A stretch of 64,000 bases of DNA, taken from NCBI GenBank assembly GCA_004431415.1, contig QPMI01000148.1, positions 1-64,000 on the forward strand. Direction: 5' to 3'. Made by a program: the position numbers and the translations under genes. Each line of letters opens with the position of its first letter. The first letter of the stretch is position 1. This document shows positions 12,136-22,795 of the stretch, piece after piece. The notes under the pieces are model-generated. The model was not told the origin of the DNA and made no database searches. It saw nothing but the letters and a program-made list of their open reading frames with translations. This DNA is from Cyanophora paradoxa CCMP329. Its lineage: Eukaryota > Plantae > Glaucophyta.

Positions 12136-15100
12136 ATGCCCGCCAAACTAATCGCCTTATAAAAGAGAAAAAGGACGAAATATTAGGCTTGTTAGGTAGT
12201 CTTTTAGTCACTGGGAGATCACCGAAGCCGAATACGATCGGAGGGCGGCGATCTTAGATCGAAAACCCCGCTTAGCTAACCTTGCGAATATTGCCGACGA
12301 GCTCTACAATCGCCTGGAAAATGTGGAGCGCTTCTATACCGAAGGGCGGCGCTTAGCCGTCATAGAACCCGATGAGGAAGACGGTTTTGCAATGAATAAA
12401 GCATACGCCTGGTATAGCTATAAGGCGGATGAACAGATAATCTTAGATCCGGTGGAATTTCTCACTACCATCGCTGCAAATCTGCCTGGGCGGCTGAAGA
12501 AAGGCTGGATGAACTGAAAGCTATTAAGGTGCGACTTACTTTCATCTGCCGATACGTAAAAGTGAGTGATCCTAACGTTTTTATCACCAAACACATATAC
12601 AGCGATTATTTCGTAATCACAAGGTCGCGCAATATTCTCACTGAGTTAGTGGGTGTAGCTCAGCAAATGAATGAACAGATGATACAGGTTGACAGCTACC
12701 GGCTCAGTAAATTAGATAAGCTACATGTCGCCGTTTTGTCATATGCGCCGATGGGCGGTTGCTACATTGAGACCCCGAATGGATTGGATTAAAGCGAGCC
12801 ACAGTAAATATTAAGAATATCGATGGTCACGACTGCTTTAATTACGCTATCCTCGCATGGCTGCACAGAAACGACATAAACAGACACAAACGTAATGATC
12901 CGTTCCAATATAGGCGGTGGATGACTGAGCTGGACTTCTCAGGCATTAATTTCCCGGTGGCTTGCGATGCTGCATTAATAGATCGTTTCGAGGACAATAA
13001 TCCCGAGCTGTCAATTAATATATATGGCGCCGACAATGCGACCCAAACCTTTTATCCACTGCACATGTCAAGTAATCCGCGTCGTAAATCGAAGGTAAAC
13101 CTGCTGCTGATCGAGGACGCAAACGGACAGGGTCACTATATTACGATAATGTCACTGAGCCGCCTCTTAAAGACCACCTTTGATAAAGCAAACGACGGGC
13201 GCATTTTCTACTGCGAAACCTGTTTGTCCCGGTTTAGATCACAGGAGAAACTCGATAGCCACACCGACTCTAATCGCTGTATCGATTGGCGCTGAGTAAA
13301 GGTAAATGCCCGGAGCCCGGAAGCTTTATTACTTTCGGACTGCAACACCTAAGGAAATGGTGTGGCTTCCTACTGTCTGCTACTGCAAGGTAGAGATGGA
13401 GTCGGTGCCGGTTCCTAATGAACCAAATCGAACCAAGCGAGAGGTAAAGTCGGTGGCACTTAATGTTGTTATGGGCTCTCATGTTGAAAATCACGAATTC
13501 GAGGGCGTGGATCCGCTGGGACAGATGTTTACCACGTTAGGGGAACTGTGCCGCGAGATGCTTAATACCCTATTTACCAATACACCTATGATTCCGCTCA
13601 CAGAGGCGCAAAAGCAAGCCTATAAAATCACCAAGCACTGCTATATATGCAATCAGCGGTTTACCCACGAAAACTTCCCTGTGCGCGATCACTGTCACCA
13701 AAGCGGCGATTATATAGGGAAAGCTTGCCGAAAATGCAATTTACACAGGAGGATCTCAAAGCAAACGAAAGTAGCCGTGGTCATTGATCGGATGGACGAG
13801 TGCGGGCATGCTATATTCAGGAAAATCGCACAGCAAGACGATAAGCTGCGGGTCGAGATCCTAAGTAAGAATTTCGACGAGTATCTCTCTTACAGTGGGG
13901 ACTTTACAAGTTTATAGACGCCTCGAATTTCATGGATTTTCAGGCGTCCGATGTTAATGATCTCATGGTAAAATTCGGTAAATTCAGTATGCTCGCACAT
14001 GAGCAATACGGTCTGGATCCCACGCATTATGTGAGCGCACCGGGACTATCGTGGGACGCGATGTTAAAGCATACGAGGGTCGCGATAGAACAGATCAGTG
14101 ATGCGGATCAATACGAATTTATTGAGCGGGCAATTAGGGGCGGCTTTGCGACCATGCCCACACGATATGCCGAGGCTAATAGCGAGGATAAACATATAGT
14201 GCTATTGGATGCGAATAATCTATATGGCTATGCGCTAAGTCAGCCTTTACCGGTCGGGGACTATCGCTGGGACGACACGAGCACAGCTTTTACCGAGGTT
14301 GTAGGGCGGAGTGCATTTATAGAGGTCGACCTTGCGTATCCGGACTATTTAAAGGGCGACCATCGCGATTTCCCGCTGATCGTGAGTAAAGAGGTAATTA
14401 CTGCGGACATGCTCGGCAAGTATCAGCGTGGGCTTTTGGAGATTAGCGGCGAGAAGCTCAGTAAAGATCCGAAGCTGATCGCCTCGTTTACGCCGAAATA
14501 TAATTACGTGGTCTCTCAGCCGATGCTGCTCTATATGGTAAAAAAGGGGATCGTAGTTACTAAGATCCACCGGGTTCTCTCGTTTGCAACCGCTGCATTT
14601 ATGAAGCCCTACATAGATCTGAACACGAAACTGCGAAAGGAAGCCCGGAATAAATTCGAGAGCGACTTCTTTAAATTAATGAACAATGCTATTTACGGTA
14701 AATGCCTGGAATCGTGCCGCGGGCGCTCAGTGGTAAAGATCGCGAATAGCACGAAGCTGTTTAAGAAATATGCGGCGAGCCCACTGGTAAAAGCGACGAA
14801 TGTATTAAACGAGACTGCGGTTGCATTCGAAATGTATAGTAAACACGTAAAACTCGACAAACCGGTGGCTATTGGCGCTTATGTGCTGGATGCCGCGAAG
14901 CTGCATAATTATAGCTTCTTTTATGACGTGATCCGACCGACTTTCGTGCAAGCTCAGCTGCTGTTCCACGATACCGACTCGTTCTGTCTGTATATAGAGA
15001 GCGCGGATCTGGAAGCGGGCATGCGAGCGATCAGCCCTTATTTAGATTGCCCTTATAGTCCCGAGAACCGGATGGTTCCCGGTAAATATAAAAATGAGAT

Positions 15101-15392
15101 GCCCGACGTCAAGATAGTGGAGTATGTGGGGCTGCGCCCGAAGCTATATGCTTTCCGCACTGAGAGCTACGACAAGGTAAAAATGAGCGGGACAGCCTCG
15201 AAAGAGGTGCATTTCGACGACTTTAAGCGCTGCCTATTTGACGGGATCACAAAAACAGTAACAGTAGTAAACAAGCAACGGCGATGCCACCACTTATATG
15301 ATTTGGAGAGCAAGCGGATAGCGCTGACCCAATTCGATAGCAAGCGCTGCATATCAGGCGACGGCATACATAGCCTTCCATTCGGCTGTTAG
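12136..15392 (+). pseudogene. Protein-primed family B DNA polymerase (Polinton type); 5' half frameshifted, polymerase domain 13932-15392 open
   Basis: Pol motifs LDANNLYGYAL, KLMNNAIYGK, HDTDS, EYVGLRPKLY and LDPTHYVSAPGLSWDAMLK. Upstream: vOTU-like NIDGHDCFNYAIL..INIY..NLLLI..GHY, zinc finger YCETC..H, EndoVII-like CYIC..VRDHCHQSG..ACRKCN. Confidence 0.95.
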
Positions 15393-15720
15393 TCGTCTAT
15401 CTTATCGTGCGTTCTTTTCTTGGTTTGCGCTCTAATTGAAGGAGCTGTCGCCTTAGGATATGGAGAAGCCATATGCACTTTAATCCGGGTCGTCAGGGTC
15501 GATTAGGAAGTAATTGGGATCGGGTGCGCGTCCCATACCGGATCATTCATTTTACTGTTTACTGCACGTTTTTATTGCGCGTTTTGCGGTGTTTATTGTC
15601 AGGATTTTCATTAATTATTAAAATCTCGACAATAAACGCTCAGGTAGCCTGATTTTATTGACAGTAAACGTGAGAGTCTCACCGCGGATCGTCAAAAAAT
15701 GAAAGCCCCGTGGGAAACGC

Positions 15721-15794
15721 AAAATGATTTAAGGAGAACGCGCTACATTTAGGCAACAGGAAAATATTTTCTCAGCTTAAAGTAAAAGGCGACA
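15721..15794 (+). promoter_or_regulatory. Putative viral promoter motif, copy 2
   Basis: AAAATGATTTAAGG..AAAATATTTTCTCAGCTTAAAGTAA before ATG 15795. Confidence 0.7.
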
Positions 15795-16421
15795 ATGAAG
15801 TATAAGTATGAGGGCAAGCGCATCTTTACTTCTGATATCGAAAAGGTCACGTTTAATCTATGGGACTTCTGCGCTTTATACGAAGCTATTAAAGAAGGAA
15901 GCCACGGACAAGGAAAGACGTTAGATATCACGGATATAAGCGACATCGGCTATTTTCCCGAGCACGATAATCCCAAATTATATGCCCTTTCGTCTTCCGA
16001 TTGCCGCTTGTTCTGCCTGGGAGAACGGAAAGGATGGGATCAATGGGTTATACATGATCAATATGTATCTGTTCACGGCTTTGTGTCTTTGATTGATTTC
16101 GCAAAGGTTTGTGGATTCGTGAATAATGTAACGGATAGAAGAATACCTCTGTTCCACAAGGAATCAGCCATGGATGTTTTGTTTGAAGCGCATTATAATA
16201 GGGAAAGGCACTATTTGGATATTCACAAAAACCTCGAAAAGCACCACACTAAATTCGCGGAATTCGGGCTTGTGATCCGAAACCGAGCTGCCTTGCGTAA
16301 ATACTTAAAAGAGAACGGAGGGATATGGGATAGTGACGCTCAGCTGTGGTATACCGAGAATCATAAAAGCAATCTACTGCAAGTGTTTGAGTGGTCGCAC
16401 GGATATCCCGATTTACCGTAA
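15795..16421 (+). CDS. Hypothetical viral protein with C-terminal DUF5710-like motif
   Basis: Intact 208-aa ORF; C-term KYLKENGGIWDSDAQLWY matches the KxxGxxWDxxxxxWY pattern. Confidence 0.65.
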   Translation: MKYKYEGKRIFTSDIEKVTFNLWDFCALYEAIKEGSHGQGKTLDITDISDIGYFPEHDNPKLYALSSSDCRLFCLGERKGWDQWVIHDQYVSVHGFVSLIDFAKVCGFVNNVTDRRIPLFHKESAMDVLFEAHYNRERHYLDIHKNLEKHHTKFAEFGLVIRNRAALRKYLKENGGIWDSDAQLWYTENHKSNLLQVFEWSHGYPDLP

Positions 16422-16492
16422 ATAAACAATACCTTTCTTGTCGCGTGCGAGTAAAATGTTACATTGATCTTTTTTATTGTCTGATGACAAGG

Positions 16493-17926
16493 ATGTCAAG
16501 ACCGCCGATAGTAAGACGATCGCAAGATTTAGAGGGGAGCACATTGCCGATCCCCGTGCCGAAAGAGAATAAAGAGAGCCGCATAGTAAAGCGGTCTGAT
16601 TTAAAGGCTTTGGTGCCCCGCGATGTGCCCGTAGCCCTTGCTGTCCCGGAGCAATCGAAAATCGCGCGTAAATTCTACGATCCGCAAACCGGTTTCAAAG
16701 GGATCACTAAGCTACGGCAAGAGCTGCCCGACGAGAATTATAAGAAATTGCAAGAGTGGTATAGCCGGCAAGAGGTCGTTCAGATTAATGCGCCGCACCT
16801 ATCCCGCAAACGAGACCCGGCTATACCAATCCGACAGCCTCTCGATACCTACGTAATTGATCTGCTATTCTTTCCGGCGTATGCTAAGTATAATGACGGC
16901 TACCAAGCGTTTTTAACTGGGATGGAGAACACGTTGCGGGTCGGCTATATTATACCGATGCGGGACAAGTCGGCTGCATCGACCTTAGCCGCCTTTATAC
17001 AGCTACAAAATAAGGCGCCGCGACCAATTTTTAAGATTCAAAGCGACCGCGGCTCAGAATTCACTAATAGCCTGTTAAGAGAATATTTCGAGAATCAGTT
17101 TATAGAGCATCAGATTGCGGACACAGCCGACCATCGCGCGCAAGGGCGCATAGAAGCATTTAACAAGCAAATGCGGCGGCTGATCACGAGCTACTGCATC
17201 GCTAATAATACGGCGCGATTTATAGATGTCCTGCCCGAGTTAGAATATAACTATAATAATACGGTGCACTCTGCGACCGGCTATATGCCCGCCGAGACCA
17301 ACGAGAGTCACTATAAGCTCATAGTTCAAAAAGAAGATGCGAAATTCAAGAAATCGATAGCTTATTTGGATCAGATTCAGCCGGGCATGTCAGTAAGGCT
17401 ACGCATCGAGAAGACGCCATTCGCTAAGGGCGGTAACAATTGGAGCCGAATCGTATATACTGTCGCCGCGCGCGAGGGCTATAAGTTTATGCTAACTGAT
17501 CCGGACGGCAATCGCGTAGAGGGTCGCTTTGCCTTCCACGAGCTATTGCCTGTCCAAGCTGTGGATTACCTAATGGCGCCCACAGTAGATGCATTAGAGG
17601 CGGCGAAGGACGAGGCGCGGGTCGATGCGCAATTGCGTAGAGAGGGCATAGAAGCCGCCGCGACTGTGCCGCAAGGCACTCTATTAGAGGATCGCGTGCA
17701 AAAAGAGAAACGCGTAAATAAAGAATTACAGCGGCTAGTAACCGCCGCCGAGCCTAAGCTATCCGGCGGCGTGAATAGCCAACGATGGTATAAGTCGTTC
17801 TCTAATCAGACTGAGAGCTATAAAGCGCCGGAAACCAAAGCTACATTAAGAAGTAGTAGAAAAGTAGCAACGGTAGCGCCGGTAGCTAATGGCGATCGAA
17901 AAGCGACTCTGAGACCACGAAAGTAG
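16493..17926 (+). CDS. Retroviral-like (RVE, DDE) integrase, Polinton type; start approximate
   Basis: Triad YVIDLLFF / IQSDRGSEF / QGRIEAFNK; FIDVLPELEYNYNNTVHSATGYMPAE; GMSVRLRIEKTPFAKGGNNWS. Reading frame intact. Confidence 0.95.
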   Translation: MSRPPIVRRSQDLEGSTLPIPVPKENKESRIVKRSDLKALVPRDVPVALAVPEQSKIARKFYDPQTGFKGITKLRQELPDENYKKLQEWYSRQEVVQINAPHLSRKRDPAIPIRQPLDTYVIDLLFFPAYAKYNDGYQAFLTGMENTLRVGYIIPMRDKSAASTLAAFIQLQNKAPRPIFKIQSDRGSEFTNSLLREYFENQFIEHQIADTADHRAQGRIEAFNKQMRRLITSYCIANNTARFIDVLPELEYNYNNTVHSATGYMPAETNESHYKLIVQKEDAKFKKSIAYLDQIQPGMSVRLRIEKTPFAKGGNNWSRIVYTVAAREGYKFMLTDPDGNRVEGRFAFHELLPVQAVDYLMAPTVDALEAAKDEARVDAQLRREGIEAAATVPQGTLLEDRVQKEKRVNKELQRLVTAAEPKLSGGVNSQRWYKSFSNQTESYKAPETKATLRSSRKVATVAPVANGDRKATLRPRK

Positions 17927-18289
17927 TAGGCGCCGCGGTGCTTTCGTAGCCGCCAAATCGCGCGCTTTGCGAATCAGACCGCGCCACTTTGTAGTAGTGT
18001 AGAACTACTCTATGCGCACGCGGATGCAAAGTATGACTAGTGGAGCCTTACGGGAACGCGCGCCGGCGCGCGCGACGTAGGGACACCTCGGTTTTCGGGC
18101 ACTTGTGCGATGGCGAACTTGCGCGTCGCGCCACGGTTGCGTAAGCTAGTCAAACTAGCACCAACATGCCCGGAAGCAAGTTACGAGCACGTAGCAATTG
18201 AGAGCGCGCCGAGATCGGCTCGCTGTCCAAAGTTATGCGGGGAAAACGGAAGGGGGTCTCCGCGAAGTCGCGATCGCCGGTGTTATCGA

Positions 18290-18565
18290 GTCGGGACTCG
18301 GGACTCGGGACTCGGGACTCGGAACTCGGGAAATTGCAACTTGCAAGCCGGTCAGTCGCTCAGCGGCTGGTCAGTCATATACACATATATATGCATTCAA
18401 GTTTTTGTTCGCAATTTGTCCACAAAATGACCACAAACCCGGTAGCCCCGATGTCCACAAATGTCCACAAAATGCCACCTTTACGGTATCCCCCCTGTCA
18501 GTCACCTTAACCGGTATCCCCCCTGTCACGTTCTGTCACCTTAACCGGTATCCCCCCTGTCACCC
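18290..18565 (+). repeat. Subterminal short tandem repeats
   Basis: (GGGACTC)x~5 at 18292-18330, TGTCCACAAA(A)TG x3 at 18417-18475, CGGTATCCCCCCTGTCA x3 at 18484-18563. Confidence 0.8.
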
Positions 18566-18964
18566 ATGAATGATAAATTAAATAAAATAAACAGTCGGTT
18601 ACGCTCACATCCGCGATTGGTCGATCGATCGAAAAACACATAAAAAACTACTTTGTGGCATGCTATATGTTTTCGGAATCGCCGCGATGTGATGACCCCG
18701 AATATGTCGGTGACGCCGGTATATATATGTATATGTCGTCATATGCGAAAAAAACAAAAAGACAAAACAAATTCAGAGTTGTGCGGAATATCTTAGACGG
18801 AGGTTCAGACATATATACGAAATATATACATGACTAAATCGTTTTTGTTTTCATAGAACTCGCATGTTGTTGGCATGTATCTTGCATAGTGGGCGGGGCG
18901 CACTGTTTCACACTAAGGTCAATCGATTTTCATAGAGTCTCAGACTGATAACAATAAGATAAAT

Positions 18965-19235
18965 AATAAACTACTTTATAATTAATAAAAACTACTTTAA
19001 ACTACTCAACTACCTATGTTAAACTACGCAACTTAATACCGCAAACTACGCATTTAATACCAAAACTACGCAACTACGCAAGTTTTTCACTTTTCTAATT
19101 TTTTTCCCCCCCTACTCTCAAATTTTTTCAGAAAGTTGCGTAGTTGCGTAGTTTTGGTATTAAATGTGTAGTTTTCGGTATTAAAAGCGATCAGATTGCG
19201 TAGTTTTCATGCGTAGTTACGTTAAATTGCGTAGT
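18965..19235 (+). repeat. Iteron-like palindromic element, copy B
   Basis: AAACTAC(GCA) array / core / TGCGTAGTT array. Confidence 0.9.
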
Positions 19236-19394
19236 CTCCGATTGCCCGCATGCATTTAGGTGCGAGACTATTGTGTAGCCTATAAAACGGTCGTGTTTCA
19301 GTGCGAAACTATCGCGTAGCTTCCCTTTATAGCATGCCGGCGCTCTTTAAGTAGAGAAAGCATGGTATATATCATAGAATCATATTGATATTAA

Positions 19395-19665
19395 TAAGAA
19401 ACTACTTTATAATATATAAACTACTTGAAACTACTCAACTTACCATGAAAAACTACGCAATTCGAAACCAAAACTACGCAAACGAAACCAAAACTACGCA
19501 ACTACGCAAGTTTTACACTTTTCTAAATTTTCCAGCCCCGAATTTCAAACTTTTTCTGAAAGTTGCGTAGTTGCGTAGTTTTGGTATCTTTTCAGTAGTT
19601 CCCGGTATTAAATTGCGTAGTTTCTTTGAGTAGTTGCGATAAATTGCGTAGTTTCTGTGCGTAGC
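19395..19665 (+). repeat. Iteron-like palindromic element, copy C
   Basis: As copy B, about 430 bp downstream in the same orientation. Confidence 0.9.
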
Positions 19666-20002
19666 CGCTCGATCTCGATGCGAAACTCATACATTTACAT
19701 GCGAAACTGATGCTCTCGATGCGCGCGAACGTTCCATGCAGCACATGGTAGTTGTTTTTGATGAAACGGCGCGTGATCGTCGCTTTTGCATTAAAAATTC
19801 AGAACAACACACATATACAACGCCCGGCTTTTAGACTGAGGCAAGTTATAATTAAACTAAGTTGAGTCACACCTAAACTATAATGAATCTCACGAGATAT
19901 ATAAGTCTACTCATCGAGAATATAGCTAAACTTCACATAAACTATACATATTTCACATATTTTATTAAAAAGAAGCTATAACCCACGATAATGCGTAATA
20001 TC

Positions 20003-20299
20003 ACACATAGAGAAAGCCCGCGTTTTATCATGAGGCGTGATATATTTTAACTAAGTTTAAAATCCACCTCAAATACAAATGATTACGAGAGATAGAGGTA
20101 AAATACATCGGAGATACGAATAAATTAAATAACAGTAAGGGTTTGGATAGTAATTTATAGGAAATACGCACATAAAAGAAAAGAATAAAGGATAAAATAC
20201 ACATAAATATACGTAAAATATGCAATAAATATAGGTAAAATATAAACAAAATATAATTAAACTTAGCCGAGGGATAAAACGCGGGCTTTCTCTATGTGT
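20003..20299. mobile_element. MITE-like AT-rich element with 27-bp perfect terminal inverted repeats
   Basis: ACACATAGAGAAAGCCCGCGTTTTATC (20003-20029) and its exact reverse complement (20273-20299). A degenerate tandem copy lies at ~19807-20002; no TSD identified. Confidence 0.7.
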
Positions 20300-20625
20300 T
20301 CCGGGATCGGGGCAGGCCCGGCGACCCGGGAGGAAGAGGAGAGGAACTTCGAATTCGGAAGAAAGCGCACATGTTTAAGCGAGAGGGGCGGCGAGGGCGG
20401 GGGGGGCCCCCTAGGCCTGTGCCCGGTCCCCCCGGGTCTTCTGGGGCCCGGGGGCCAGGCGGGGGGACCGGGCCGCCTCGGGCAGAAGAGGTAGAAGAGG
20501 TAGGCTCGGCGGCCCGAGGATCGAGGGGTGGGGGGTGGGGGTGGCCATGGGGTGGGGGGTGGGTGGGTGGGTGGGGGGGGGTACGATTTGCATTAGCACA
20601 CATGTACAACAACAACTACTAGGAG

Positions 20626-20656
<31 letters not shown>

Positions 20657-22795
20657 GAGTGGGCTTGCCCCGGCCCGCTCAAGCCTCGACCCCGGTGGAG
20701 GCCCCGGAGGCGGTCCCTTCCTCCCTTCGAGACCGCCTCCAAGGCCTCCGGGGCTCAAGCCGAGGCGGAGGCCCCGGAGGGAGAAGAAGAGGTAGGAGAG
20801 GTAGACCTGGGGGGGAGGGGGGGGGGAGGGAGGGGGCGGGTGGGCTTGCCCCGCTCAAGCCAGGGGAAGGGAGGGGGAGGGAGGGGGGAAGGGGGGAGGG
20901 GGGGGGGAGGCGGAGGCCCCGGAGGCGGCCTTGAAGGGAGGAAGGGAGGGAGAGGGGGGGTACGAGGCCTGCGGGCGGGGGTACGGAGCCTCGGCGGCCC
21001 GAGGAGGCGGGGCGCGGGCGGCGCAGGCCTTGCCCCGCCCGGGCCGCGAGCCTGCGAATCAGAGGGCGCGCCTCGCGGAACTCGGCGGGGAGCCCGGGCC
21101 TAGCTCGAGCCCGCCTGCGGGGGGGAGGGGGGGGGGGGGCGAGCGGTGCGCCCAGAGGGGTACGGGCCCCGCCGGCGCAGCGGCGGGCGGGCCGAACGGG
21201 CGCGGGGGCCCCCAAGGAGCTGAGGGCTCAGAGGAGGAGGCCCACCGGCGGGAGGAGGAGGGAGGGGAGGGGAGGGGGGGGGGGCGGGGGGGGGGGGCAA
21301 GCGAGGAGGAGGAGGGGCCCGGCTTCCCGTTCGCTCCGCCCGGCGGGAGGAGGGGGGGGTGGGGGGGGTGGGGTGGGGGTGGGGGGGGGGGGGGATGGTG
21401 GGTTGGCGGGGGAGGGGCCGCCGCGGGGCGCGCCCAGGCCTGGCGCCCGGAGCGCCCGGGACGGCGTGGGTACACGCACGAGGGCTCGCCGCTGCCCGCC
21501 CGGCCGGGTACGCCGTCACGGGAGGGCGGCGAAGGGGGGCGGGGGGGCGGGGATCGCGGGGCGCACGCGGAGAGGGGGAGAGAGCGGGCCGGCGTCACGT
21601 GCGCCGCCCGCCCGGCCCGCGCGCCCCGTATCGCGAGGAGGGAGGCCGAGGGCGGAAGAGAAGAAGCGCGGGCGCGAGGAGCGTGAGAGGGCGCCGGGGC
21701 GGCGCGGGTACGGCGGACGCGGCTGCCCTATAGATCTGGGCGCCCGTGCGCCTTTGCCGCTGGAGCGCGGCCCCCCAACCCGGCGTCGACGCCGCCGCCC
21801 GCGCCAACCTGCAGCAGCGCGCGCCGGCTCAGCCGCGCCCGGGCTGGGCGCCTGGGGAGGGCGACGTCTGCAAGAGGCAGCGTACTAGTACTCACCGACA
21901 CTGAGGGCCGTGTCGCCATACGCGCCTGCTCGCTGCGCGCGCGCGATTCGCCGGACGACGCTGAGCGGCTGTCGCAGAGGGCCGCGGAGTTGCTGGAGTT
22001 GCTGGGATCGATCAAGCGATGCCTCTGCAATGACGATCACCTGCCGCCAGCGCTCACACACGCGTGGAAGCGGATATGCCGCGGCCGCGCCCACGCCAAC
22101 CTGCTCGCCGTCACCGTACTCGTGTCGCCGTACGCGCCTGCTCGCTGCGCGCGCGCGCGCGATTCGCCGGACACTGTTCATGAGCGTGCCGCCGATCACC
22201 TGCGCATGCATATATGCCGCGGCCGCCGGCGCTCACTCTTCTCCAGCACTGAGAAGAGTGATCACGCACGACGATGCACGTGCTACACGCGCTACATGCG
22301 CGCCTGCGCGCTATTACAGTGCGATGATGCACTGCGATCTGTTGAGGGGGTACCGTGCCGGTTTATCGCAGCAGGTGCGCAGCCGGCGGTTTTCTTGCAC
22401 CGCCCGCCTTTCGCTCGCTTGCAGCTCACTTATAGCTTCGCGTACCGTGCGCGGGTTAGCGGCCAGCAGACAGCGCGCGACCGGCGAGGAACTGCTTAGC
22501 GCGTGGGCTCCGATCGGTTCCGAAAGCTCGTGGGCTGAGCCGAGCAGGCCCCATCGGTTCGCAAAGCTCGGCTCTGCTGCGGCAAGGCGATCCGTCGAAG
22601 GTGCGCGACGCCGCGCGGGCGCATGCATATGGCCTGGATTGCTGTTTCGATCCCGGGCTAGAACCTATGCATCGCTTCGCTCTGGGCCGCACGGGTGGCC
22701 TAGGAGATGCTAGGGCGCTTTCGGCTCCCACCCCGCCGGGCGGGGCGGGGGCGCGCTCCCCGCGGCGCGCTTCTGCCGCTGACCGCCCCGCAGGC

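Larger units (their letters stand above)
1..19800. mobile_element. Endogenous Polinton/Polinton-like virus (left end outside window; right end approximate)
   Basis: Intronless, lower-GC block with MCP-like, penton-like, A32 ATPase, D5 primase-helicase, pPolB and RVE integrase genes. Abrupt switch to very GC-rich intron-containing DNA at ~20.3 kb. TIR/TSD cannot be verified because the left end is missing. Confidence 0.93.

Noticed and set aside
1-17926. Classification as a mavirus-like virophage or a prophage
   Set aside because: pPolB+RVE+SF3 recalls mavirus, but the MCP size and style and the penton motifs look PLV-like and no virophage protease is visible; no phage hallmark genes.
17985-18010. 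AGTAGT as the Polinton terminus
   Set aside because: Virus-like composition and the shared palindromes continue to ~19.7 kb; no partner TIR is available to test.
18965-19665. AACTACGCA arrays as a CRISPR array
   Set aside because: Repeats are ~9 bp, arranged as inverted arms without unique ~30-bp spacers; no cas genes; eukaryotic/viral context.
20292-21900. Many long G/P/R-rich ORFs here and across 24.5-30 kb and 59.7-64 kb
   Set aside because: By-products of extreme GC content and poly-G/poly-C tracts lacking stop codons; no domain signal.
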